Part shown: positions 18,742 to 27,806 of the stretch, in pieces
Layout: every line of letters begins with the position of its first letter
Position numbering within the stretch: position 1 is the stretch's first letter
Sequence record: OQ885479
Origin: Escherichia phage SUT_E1520
DNA length: 64,000 nt
Direction: 5' to 3' (one strand)
Made by a program: the position numbers and the translations under genes
The notes under the pieces: model-generated
Told to the model about the DNA's origin: nothing
Databases searched by the model: none
What the model saw: only the letters and a program-made list of their open reading frames with translations

Positions 18742-19641
18742 ATGTACTACTCTCTAATGAGAGAGTCAAAAGTTATAGTTGAGTATGATGGTAGGGCATT
18801 TCATTTTGATGCCCTATCAAACTATGATATACAGACTTCCTACGAGGAATTCAAGACTCTTCGTAGGACTGTTCATCGTAGAACTAACTATGCAGACTCT
18901 ATTATAAATGCTCAAACCCCCTCTTCTATCTCTCTAGCAGTAAATTTCAGTAATACTCTTACTGAGGCTAACTTCTTTGAATGGTTAGGTTTTGATAGAA
19001 AAGGTAATACTTTCTTACTCCCACTATATAGTAATAATATTGAACCTATTATGTTCAATATCTATATAGTAAATAAAGATAATAACTGTGTATATTTTGA
19101 AAACTGTTATGTATCTACGGTAGATTTTTCTTTAGATAAGAACATACCAATTCTTAATGTTGGTATTGAATCGGGGAAATTTTCCGAAGTATCTACATAT
19201 AGAGAAGCAGGTTCTATTATACAGGGTGAAGTAATGTCTTATAGCCCAGTAATAGCTTCTACTAATGGTAGCGTCTTACCAGGTCTTATCTCTGCCTCTT
19301 TATCTTTCCAGCAGCAGTGCTCTTGGAGAGAAGATAAGAGTGTTTTTGATATAAATAAAATCTATAATAATAAAAGAGCTTATGTAAATGAAATGAATGC
19401 TTCGGCAACTATTTCTCTATATTACTTAAAACGTTTTGCAGGAGATATGGTTTACAATGTCGAACCAGAGGTAGATGTACCTTTAAATATAAGAAATAAT
19501 AATATTTCTATAGATTTTCCTTCAGCACGTATTACAAAACGCCTAGATTTCTCAGATGTGTATAGAGTTGAGTGGGATATTATACCTACTGCTTCTTCAG
19601 ACCCAGTGAGAATAGATTTCTTTGGAGAAATTAAAAAATGA
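18742..19641 (+). CDS. hypothetical tail-module protein
   Basis: 299-aa ORF, very AT-rich; no recognisable motif. Confidence 0.5.
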   Translation: MYYSLMRESKVIVEYDGRAFHFDALSNYDIQTSYEEFKTLRRTVHRRTNYADSIINAQTPSSISLAVNFSNTLTEANFFEWLGFDRKGNTFLLPLYSNNIEPIMFNIYIVNKDNNCVYFENCYVSTVDFSLDKNIPILNVGIESGKFSEVSTYREAGSIIQGEVMSYSPVIASTNGSVLPGLISASLSFQQQCSWREDKSVFDINKIYNNKRAYVNEMNASATISLYYLKRFAGDMVYNVEPEVDVPLNIRNNNISIDFPSARITKRLDFSDVYRVEWDIIPTASSDPVRIDFFGEIKK

Positions 19642-20042
19642 TTAATTTAAAAGATATTACTCTTGATACTCGTACTATTACTCTTTCCTACCCAGGTATG
19701 CCAAACTTTAAACTAGAACTTAACTATATGTCTCGCGCTACCTCTAAACGTGTTATTTCTTCTGCTAAACGTGACGAATGGGTTAATGGTACACTGATAC
19801 AAGTGCAGGATGATGATAAGTTCATTGAAGCATTTGTTGACGCAGCTATTAAAGGTTGGACTGGTTTGACTGTAGGTGACGTTGAAAAACTGATGCTGAT
19901 TGAAACAGATGCTGATCCCGCTACTGAAGTTCCTTTTAGCCGCGATAATGCTGTAATGCTTATGCAGAACTCTGCTGCGTTTGATTCTTGGATCAACCAA
20001 ACAGTGTTCCACTTAGACACTTTTCGTAGCCCAAAAGCGTAA
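19638..20042 (+). CDS. tail assembly chaperone (putative)
   Basis: 134 aa, acidic; position directly upstream of the tape measure gene. Confidence 0.5.
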   Translation: MINLKDITLDTRTITLSYPGMPNFKLELNYMSRATSKRVISSAKRDEWVNGTLIQVQDDDKFIEAFVDAAIKGWTGLTVGDVEKLMLIETDADPATEVPFSRDNAVMLMQNSAAFDSWINQTVFHLDTFRSPKA

Positions 20043-20103
20043 AGAACTCCTAGATGCTGTTGCTGATTTTGCAGACAAATGTATTAAAAGCTCAGCATCT
20101 AAA

Positions 20104-20472
20104 ATGACTAAACAACAATATTTAATACTTTGCGAGTCAATGGGTATAGAGCCTGATCCTAAGGCTATGCCCGTTGAACTCGAAGATTTTCCACCTATTG
20201 TATCTATTAGTATGAATATTTATAACAGTCTAATTGACTGTTTCATACCGGGTGACTTCCCTATTTTTATAGGTAAGGATAAGGCTGCATTAGGTGTTTT
20301 ATTTGATATTTATGGGATTACTGATCCTATAGAAAAAGAATTCGTTCTACACATTATCAATATATTTGATGCTAAAGCTGTAGATGCTGCACGTAAGCGT
20401 GCTGAGCAGCATAAACCGCAAAACGGAAGGATTCCTAACGTTAAGCCACATGCTAGATCTCGTGCACGGTAA
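20104..20472 (+). CDS. hypothetical protein (possible second chaperone ORF)
   Basis: 122 aa; its reading frame is open from 20017 and overlaps the end of the preceding ORF. Confidence 0.45.
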   Translation: MTKQQYLILCESMGIEPDPKAMPVELEDFPPIVSISMNIYNSLIDCFIPGDFPIFIGKDKAALGVLFDIYGITDPIEKEFVLHIINIFDAKAVDAARKRAEQHKPQNGRIPNVKPHARSRAR

Positions 20473-20508
20473 AAGTTTCCTCCAATGGGCGTTCCACGAT
20501 GAGGCTTG

Positions 20509-20540
20509 GCTCTGGGTGATTTGCCCAGAGCCTTTTTTAT
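20509..20540 (+). terminator. rho-independent terminator upstream of tape measure gene
   Basis: GGCTCTGGG-N7-CCCAGAGCC followed by TTTTTT. Confidence 0.75.
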
Positions 20541-20555
20541 TGGGAAAAATAAAAC

Positions 20556-23500
20556 ATGACTGATAAGCTAATACGAGAATTACTAATAGACGTTAAACAG
20601 AAGGGGGCAACTCGTACTGCAAAGTCTATTGAAAACGTATCTGATGCGTTGGAAAATGCTGCTGCTGCTTCCGAACTGACAAATGAGCAGTTAGGTAAAA
20701 TGCCCAGAACTCTTTATTCCATTGAGAGGGCAGCAGACAGAGCAGCGAAAAGTCTTACTAAAATGCAAGCTAGTAGGGGTATGGCTGGTATTACTAAATC
20801 CATTGATGGTATTGGTGATAAGCTAGATTACCTGGCTATCCAACTTATTGAAGTAACAGATAAACTAGAAATTGGATTTGATGGAGTTTCTAGATCTGTT
20901 AAAACAATGGGTAATGATGTTGCAGCTGCAACAGAAAAAGTCCAGGATAGATTATACGATACTAATAGAGCATTAGGTGGTACAGCTAGAGGTTTTAACG
21001 ACACTGCTGGTGCCGCTGGTAGAGCTTCTAGAGCTATTGGTAATACCTCTGGTTCAGCACGTGGTGCAACTCGTGATTTTGCGGCAATGGCTAAGATCGG
21101 TGGTAGTCTACCTATTATGTACGCAGCTCTTGCTTCCAACATCTTCGTTTTGCAATCAGCATTTGAACAACTTAAACTAGGTGATCAGCTAAATCGTCTA
21201 GAAAAATTTGGTGTTATAGTAGGTACTCAGACAGGTACTCCTGTTCAGACCCTTGCTAGATCACTACAAGAAGCTGCTGGATATGCTATTTCTTTTGAGG
21301 AAGCAATGAGACAGGCATCTTCAGCATCTGCTTATGGATTTGATGCTGAACAACTTAATAAATTTGGTTTAGTAGCTCGTCGTGCGGCTGCTGTTCTTGG
21401 CGTTGATATGACTGATGCACTTAACCGTGTAATTAAGGGCGTATCTAAACAAGAAATCGAACTTCTGGATGAACTTGGTGTCACTATCCGTCTTAATGAC
21501 GCATACGCTGATTATGTTAAACAGTTAAATGCTGCAAACACAGGTATAACATATAATGTTAATAGTCTTACCACTTTCCAGAAGCAACAAGCATATGCTA
21601 ATGCAGTAATTGCTGAATCTACTAAACGGTTTGGCTATCTAGATGAAGTACTACGTGCAACTCCATGGGAGCAATTTGCTGCTAATGCAGATGCTGCACT
21701 AAGAAAAATACAACAAGCTGCTGCTAAGTATTTAGGGCCAGTAATTGATGCTATCAACACAGTATTTTATACATCTCAGGCTTCTATATCTGCTGAGGCA
21801 GCTAGAGCTCAAGAAAAAACTAATAGACAGATAGACCCTACCAACGTTGGTGCTGTTGCTTTAAGTTTAGCTGCTTCTGAAGAAGGCTATAATAAAGCTC
21901 TAGATATGTATAAGGAATCTCTTGATAAGCGTAATAAGCTAAAATCTGAGTTCGATAAACGAATGGAACAAGCAGATTTCTATACAAAACTAGCTATACG
22001 TCAAGTTGGTGAAGGTATTCCTGTTGGTATTGCAGCCGCGGGTGCTTCCGAAGCTAATAAAAAGTTTGTAGAAGAAACCGCAGCTATGGGTCTACAAGTA
22101 ACTAGACTCGGTAAGGAAGTAGAGGATTCTACAGAGAACCTCAATGCTTGGAAATCAGCTTATCAGGCTGCTGGAGCTGCTGCTGCAAAAGCTAATCCAG
22201 AGTTTCAGAAACAGATTAATCTACAGAGAGATACTACTGATCCTGATGCTGTATACGATTTTAACTCTACTGTATTAAAAGGACTAACTGAACAACAAAA
22301 GGCATATAATCAGACTAAGAAAACTGCTAGTGACTTAGCTAATGATATACAGAACGTTGCTCAGAATACAGATACTGCTGCTAAGACTAGTGCTACTTTA
22401 GCAGATGCTATAAAAAATATAGAATCACTATCTCAAGGTACTGGTAAAAGTGCAGACGAGTATGTTAAAAACCTTAACCTAGGCTATAATACTCTGTCTG
22501 AAATGAAAACTGCGTCTCAGGCCTTATCTGAGTACGTTAAACTAACCGGTAATGAGACTAAGAACCAGTTAGCAGTTCAACAGAAGATAGCTGACGTATA
22601 CAACCAAACTAAAGATAAAGAAAAAGCACAGGAAGCCGGTAGGCGTTTAGAACTCCAACAGTTAGAAGAGCAAGAGGCTGCTTTACGCCGTGTACTTCAA
22701 ACTAATCAGGGAAATAAAGCTGTTGAGAAAGAGATTGAAAAAATTCAGCTGGAGAAACTTAAGCTTACCAATCAGGGTATGGAAGCTCAGAAGAAAGTTA
22801 AGGATTATACAGATAAAATTCTGGGTGTAGACCGTGAGATAGCTCTCTTAAATAACCGTACTATGACAGATACTCAGTATCGTTTAGCACAGTTAAATCT
22901 TGAATTGACCATTGAAAAAGAGAAGTACGAATGGTATACAAAACAAGCTGATAAACAGAAAGAGGCGGAACAGTCTAGACGTGCTCAAGCCCAAATTGAA
23001 CGTGAAATCTGGAAATTCCGCCAAGATCAGATTGCTTCAATGGCTGCTGGTAGAGAGGAAGAACAGCAAAGACAATTTACTGCTAAACCATTAATGGGAA
23101 ATGCGGAGCGCTTACAGGAACAGCTAAAATTATATGAAGACTTAAAGCAGAAAACATTAGGTAATGCTGCGGCACAAGCGGAATATAATAAAAAGATAGC
23201 TGAAACTAGGGCACAACTAGCAGGTTTAAGGGCACAGAGAAATGCGGAGATGCAAGCTTCTGTTGGATCTTCTTTAGGTGCTGTGTACACTCCTACAACT
23301 GGACTATCTGGAGAAGATAAAGATTTTGCTGATATGGGAAATAGAATGGCTTCTTATGATCAGGCAATTTCTAAACTATCTGAGTTAAATTCCGAAGCAA
23401 CTGCTGTAGCTCAAAGCATGGGTAATTTAACCAATGCTATGATTCAGTTCTCTATGGGGTCTTTAGACACTACTTCCACGATCGCAGCAGGTATGCAGAC

Positions 23501-24236
23501 TGTGGCCTCTATGATTCAATATAGTACTAGTCAACAGGTTAGTGCAATTGATCAGGCTATTGCAGCAGAGCAGAAACGTGATGGTAAATCAGAAGCATCT
23601 AAAGCTAAGTTGAAGAAACTAGAAGCTGAAAAGTTGAAGATTCAACAAGACGCAGCTAAGAAGCAGATCATCATCCAAACTGCAGTAGCTGTAATGCAAG
23701 CGGCGACAGCTGTACCGTACCCGTTCTCTATTCCTTTGATGGTGGCGGCAGGTTTGGCAGGTGCCTTAGCTCTTGCTCAAGCATCTTCTGCATCTGGTAT
23801 GTCAAGTATTGCAGATTCTGGAGCGGATACAACTAGTTACCTAACCTTAGGAGAACGTCAGAAGAATATAGATGTGTCCATGTCTGCTAATGCAGGTGAA
23901 CTGTCTTATATTCGTGGCGATCAAGGTATAGGTAGCGCTAACTCTTTCGTTCCTCGTGCTGAGGGTGGTAATATGTACCCTGGGGTTAGCTATCAAATGG
24001 GTGAGCATGGTACAGAAGTAGTTACCCCTATGATTCCTATGAAAGCTACACCTAATGATGAGCTAAAAACTTCATCTAACTCAACTTCAGGAAGACCTAT
24101 CATCTTGAATATTAGTGCTATGGATGCTGCAAGTTTTAGAGAGTTTGCTTCTAGTAATAGTAGTGCTCTAAGAGACGCAGTAGAATTAGCTCTGAATGAG
24201 AACGGTGCTAGTCTGAAAACATTAGGAAATTCTTAA
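20556..24236 (+). CDS. tail tape measure protein (pb2-like)
   Basis: 1226 aa; long coiled-coil; C-terminal hydrophobic segments (IIIQTAVAVMQAATAVPYPFSIPLMVAAGLAGALALA). Confidence 0.9.
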   Translation: MTDKLIRELLIDVKQKGATRTAKSIENVSDALENAAAASELTNEQLGKMPRTLYSIERAADRAAKSLTKMQASRGMAGITKSIDGIGDKLDYLAIQLIEVTDKLEIGFDGVSRSVKTMGNDVAAATEKVQDRLYDTNRALGGTARGFNDTAGAAGRASRAIGNTSGSARGATRDFAAMAKIGGSLPIMYAALASNIFVLQSAFEQLKLGDQLNRLEKFGVIVGTQTGTPVQTLARSLQEAAGYAISFEEAMRQASSASAYGFDAEQLNKFGLVARRAAAVLGVDMTDALNRVIKGVSKQEIELLDELGVTIRLNDAYADYVKQLNAANTGITYNVNSLTTFQKQQAYANAVIAESTKRFGYLDEVLRATPWEQFAANADAALRKIQQAAAKYLGPVIDAINTVFYTSQASISAEAARAQEKTNRQIDPTNVGAVALSLAASEEGYNKALDMYKESLDKRNKLKSEFDKRMEQADFYTKLAIRQVGEGIPVGIAAAGASEANKKFVEETAAMGLQVTRLGKEVEDSTENLNAWKSAYQAAGAAAAKANPEFQKQINLQRDTTDPDAVYDFNSTVLKGLTEQQKAYNQTKKTASDLANDIQNVAQNTDTAAKTSATLADAIKNIESLSQGTGKSADEYVKNLNLGYNTLSEMKTASQALSEYVKLTGNETKNQLAVQQKIADVYNQTKDKEKAQEAGRRLELQQLEEQEAALRRVLQTNQGNKAVEKEIEKIQLEKLKLTNQGMEAQKKVKDYTDKILGVDREIALLNNRTMTDTQYRLAQLNLELTIEKEKYEWYTKQADKQKEAEQSRRAQAQIEREIWKFRQDQIASMAAGREEEQQRQFTAKPLMGNAERLQEQLKLYEDLKQKTLGNAAAQAEYNKKIAETRAQLAGLRAQRNAEMQASVGSSLGAVYTPTTGLSGEDKDFADMGNRMASYDQAISKLSELNSEATAVAQSMGNLTNAMIQFSMGSLDTTSTIAAGMQTVASMIQYSTSQQVSAIDQAIAAEQKRDGKSEASKAKLKKLEAEKLKIQQDAAKKQIIIQTAVAVMQAATAVPYPFSIPLMVAAGLAGALALAQASSASGMSSIADSGADTTSYLTLGERQKNIDVSMSANAGELSYIRGDQGIGSANSFVPRAEGGNMYPGVSYQMGEHGTEVVTPMIPMKATPNDELKTSSNSTSGRPIILNISAMDAASFREFASSNSSALRDAVELALNENGASLKTLGNS

Positions 24237-24240
24237 AACT

Positions 24241-24270
24241 GGAGGAGGACTTTGAGTCCTCCTTTTCTTT
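24241..24270 (+). terminator. rho-independent terminator after tape measure gene
   Basis: AGGAGGA-CTTTGAG-TCCTCCT followed by TTTCTTT. Confidence 0.7.
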
Positions 24271-24289
24271 ATGGAAAAATAAAAATTTC

Positions 24290-24318
24290 TTGATAAAATT
24301 TTCTAATACTATTATAAT
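24290..24318 (+). promoter_or_regulatory. sigma70-type promoter (TTGATA-17-TATAAT) upstream of Dit gene
   Basis: -35 at 24290-24295, 17-bp spacer, -10 at 24313-24318; then GAGGAG SD. Confidence 0.45.
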
Positions 24319-24345
24319 ATTGTTATTAAAGAGGAGAAATTAACT

Positions 24346-24960
24346 ATGAGATTACCAGACCCATACACGAATCCAGAACTTTCAGGCTTAGGATTCGAAA
24401 GTGTTAACCTGATTGATAATGACCCAGTAATTCGTGATGAGTTACCAAATGGTAAAGTTAACGAAGTTAAGGTATCTGCTCAATACTGGGGTATAAATAT
24501 TTCTTATCCAGAATTATTTCCAGATGAATATAGTGTTCTAGATGCTTTTATTCTAGAATACAAAAGGACTGGTGGTTATATAGATGTTATATTACCCCAA
24601 TACGAAGCTTTTAGAGTTAGAGGTAATACTAGTCTAGTAAATATACCTGCTGGACAGAAGGGTTCTAATATAACTATGGATACAAAAGGGTTTCTTACAG
24701 GTACCCCAAAACCGGGGGATCTATTTAAGCTGTCTAACCACCCAAAAGTATATAAAATAACATCATTTAACAAATCAGGTAATACATGGTCTATAAACTT
24801 ATACCCTGATTTATTTATAACTACTACTGGAGCGGAGAAGCCAGTATTTAATGGAATCCTATTTAGAACAAAACTCATGAATGGTGATGCTTTTGGATCT
24901 ACACTAAATAATAACGGAACATACTCCAACATCTCACTAAATTTACGGGAAAGTCTATGA
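24346..24960 (+). CDS. distal tail protein Dit (pb9-like)
   Basis: 204 aa, equal to T5 pb9; position after tape measure. Confidence 0.75.
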   Translation: MRLPDPYTNPELSGLGFESVNLIDNDPVIRDELPNGKVNEVKVSAQYWGINISYPELFPDEYSVLDAFILEYKRTGGYIDVILPQYEAFRVRGNTSLVNIPAGQKGSNITMDTKGFLTGTPKPGDLFKLSNHPKVYKITSFNKSGNTWSINLYPDLFITTTGAEKPVFNGILFRTKLMNGDAFGSTLNNNGTYSNISLNLRESL

Positions 24961-27806
24961 AAAAAATATTAGATAGTGCTAGAAACTACTTAAAAAATAA
25001 TAGCAGAATAAAAACTGCTAGTCTAATTTCTCTAGAATTACCCGGCTCTACAGGTACTAGTACTGCTTTTATTTACTTAACTGACTATTTTAGAGATGTA
25101 CTATATAATGGTATTTTGTACCAGGCCGGTAAAGTTAAGTCTATTAGCACACATAAACAAAATAGAGATTTATCTATTGGCAGCCTATCTTTTACTATTA
25201 CAGGTACAGCACAGGATGAAGTACTGAAATTAGTGCAGAATGGTGTATCCTTTTTAGATAGACTAGTATCAATCCACCAAGCAATTATTACAGAGGATGG
25301 TTCTATTTTACCTGTAGACCCAGACACAAATGGCCCTTTATTATACTTTAGAGGGAGAATTACTGGTGGAGGTATTAAGGACAACATTAGTACTTCTGGG
25401 GTTGGAACCTCTACAATTACTTGGAATTGTTCTAACCAATTCTATGATTTTGATAGGGTTAACGGTAGGTTTACTGATGATGCTTCTCATAGAGGGCTTG
25501 AGGTTGTAGCAGGACAATTAGTTCCATCTAACGGGGCTAAAAGACTTGAATACCAGGAAGATTATGGGTTCTTTCATGCCAATAAAAGTATCTCTATTCT
25601 AGCAAAGTATCAGGTACAGGAAGAAAGATACAAGCTAAAGTCTAAGAAAAAGCTATTTGGACTATCTAGAAGTTATAGTCTTAAAAAGTATTATGAGACT
25701 GTTACTAAAGAAGTAGATATAGATTTTAACCTTGCTGCTAAGTATATACCAGTAGTTTATGGTGTACAGAAAATACCGGGAATACCTATTTTTGCGGATA
25801 CGGAATTACACAATCCTAATATAGTTTACGTAGTATACGCTTTTGCTGAAGGAGAGATAGACGGTTTTCTTGACTTTTCCTTTGGGGATAACCCTATGAT
25901 TTGTATGGACTCTAATGATAGCTCTGCTAGAACCTGTTTCGGTGTTAAAAAAGTAGCAGGAGACACCATGCAAAGAATAGCATCAGGAATATCTTCTAGT
26001 AGTCCTTCTGTGCACGGTCAGGAATATAAATATAATGATGGTAATGGTGATATAAGGATTTGGACTTATCATGGAAAAGCTGATCAAACGGCTTCTGAAG
26101 TATTAGTAAATATAGCGAAGGAACGTGGGTTCTATCTCCAAAATATGAACGGTAATGGGCCTGAGTACTGGGATACTAGATATAAATTATTAGATACTGC
26201 ATACGCGGTAGTACGCTTTACTATTAATGAAAATAGAACTGAGATTCCAGAAGTTAGTGCTGAGATTCAGGGTAAGAAGATAAAAATCTATCATCCTGAT
26301 GGTAGAGTAACTGCTAATAGTACTAGTTTAAATGGTATTTGGCAAACACTTGACTACTTAACTTCAGATAGGTATGGTGCAAACATTGCTATTGATCAGT
26401 TCCCCCTACAACAATTGGTACAAGAAGCTGCTATCTTAGATATTATAGATGAATCTTACCAAGTATCCTGGCAGCCATACTGGAGATATGTTGGGTGGAC
26501 TGATCCATTAGCAGAAAATAGACAAATAGTACAAATGAATACTATTCTAGATACATCTGAATCAGTATTTAAAAATGTGCAAGGTTTACTAGAATCCTAC
26601 GGTGGGGCTATTAACAACTTATCTGGTCAATATAGGATTACTGTAGAAAAATATTCTAATACTCCATTAGAGATTAATTTTCTGGATACTTATGGTGATT
26701 TAGAGCTATCAGATACTACTGGTAGAAATAAATTCAACTCAGTTCAAGCATCCATAGTAGACCCAGCTCTTAGCTGGAAAACTAACTCTATTACCTTTTA
26801 TAACTCTAAATATAAAGAGCAGGATAAAAATTTAGATAAAAAATTACAATTATCTTTTGCAAATATAACTAACTACTATACTGCTAGAAGTTTTGCAGAC
26901 AGAGAACTTAAGAAATCTAGGTATTCTAGAACCCTCTCATTTTCTTTACCATATCAATTCATTGGTATTGAGCCTAACGATGCTATTGCATTTACATACG
27001 ACCGTTACGGATGGGATAAGAAGTACTTTTTAGTAGATGAAGTCGAAAACTCTAGAGAAGGAAAGATAAATGTTACTCTACAGGAGTATGGGGAAGATGT
27101 ATTTATCAACTCTGATCAAGTAGATAATAGTGGTAATGATATACCAGATATTAGTAACAACGTTCTTCCTCCTAGAGATTTTAAATATACTCCTACACCC
27201 GGTGGTTTAGTTGGTTCTATAGGAAAAAATGGTGAGTTATCTTGGCTTCCAAGCTTAACTAATAACGTAGTTTATTACTCTATCGTGCATTCCGGGCATG
27301 CTGAGCCTTATATTGTGCAGCAACTAGAAACAAATCCCAATGAACGCATGATCCAAGAGATAATTGGAGAGCCTGCAGGCTTAGCGATATTTGAAATAAG
27401 GGCTGTGGATATAAATGGTAGAAGAAGTTCTCCAGTAACCTTATCTATAGAACTTAACTCTGCTAAAAACCTAAGTGTAGTATCTAATTTTAGGGTAACT
27501 AATACGGCTTCTGGGGATGTAACTGAATTTGTAGGCCCAGATGTAAAACTAGCTTGGGATAGGATACCAGAAGAAGATATAATAGAAAGTATATTCTATA
27601 CTCTGGAAATCTATGACTCCCAGAATAGAATGCTAAGAAGTGTACGTATTGAAAATCAGTATACTTATGACTATTTATTAATGTATAATAAGGCAGATTT
27701 TGCTCTTCATAACAGTGATGCTCTAGGAATAAATAGAAAACTATATTTTCGTATTAGAGCAGAAGGAGATGATGGAGAACAGTCTGTGGAGTGGGCATCC
27801 ATTTAA
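24957..27806 (+). CDS. baseplate hub protein (pb3-like)
   Basis: 949 aa, equal to T5 pb3; synteny. Confidence 0.8.
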   Translation: MKKILDSARNYLKNNSRIKTASLISLELPGSTGTSTAFIYLTDYFRDVLYNGILYQAGKVKSISTHKQNRDLSIGSLSFTITGTAQDEVLKLVQNGVSFLDRLVSIHQAIITEDGSILPVDPDTNGPLLYFRGRITGGGIKDNISTSGVGTSTITWNCSNQFYDFDRVNGRFTDDASHRGLEVVAGQLVPSNGAKRLEYQEDYGFFHANKSISILAKYQVQEERYKLKSKKKLFGLSRSYSLKKYYETVTKEVDIDFNLAAKYIPVVYGVQKIPGIPIFADTELHNPNIVYVVYAFAEGEIDGFLDFSFGDNPMICMDSNDSSARTCFGVKKVAGDTMQRIASGISSSSPSVHGQEYKYNDGNGDIRIWTYHGKADQTASEVLVNIAKERGFYLQNMNGNGPEYWDTRYKLLDTAYAVVRFTINENRTEIPEVSAEIQGKKIKIYHPDGRVTANSTSLNGIWQTLDYLTSDRYGANIAIDQFPLQQLVQEAAILDIIDESYQVSWQPYWRYVGWTDPLAENRQIVQMNTILDTSESVFKNVQGLLESYGGAINNLSGQYRITVEKYSNTPLEINFLDTYGDLELSDTTGRNKFNSVQASIVDPALSWKTNSITFYNSKYKEQDKNLDKKLQLSFANITNYYTARSFADRELKKSRYSRTLSFSLPYQFIGIEPNDAIAFTYDRYGWDKKYFLVDEVENSREGKINVTLQEYGEDVFINSDQVDNSGNDIPDISNNVLPPRDFKYTPTPGGLVGSIGKNGELSWLPSLTNNVVYYSIVHSGHAEPYIVQQLETNPNERMIQEIIGEPAGLAIFEIRAVDINGRRSSPVTLSIELNSAKNLSVVSNFRVTNTASGDVTEFVGPDVKLAWDRIPEEDIIESIFYTLEIYDSQNRMLRSVRIENQYTYDYLLMYNKADFALHNSDALGINRKLYFRIRAEGDDGEQSVEWASI

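Noticed and set aside
20030-20036. -1 frameshift at the slippery-like heptamer CCCAAAA
   Set aside because: The -1 frame terminates after seven codons and does not join the downstream ORF.
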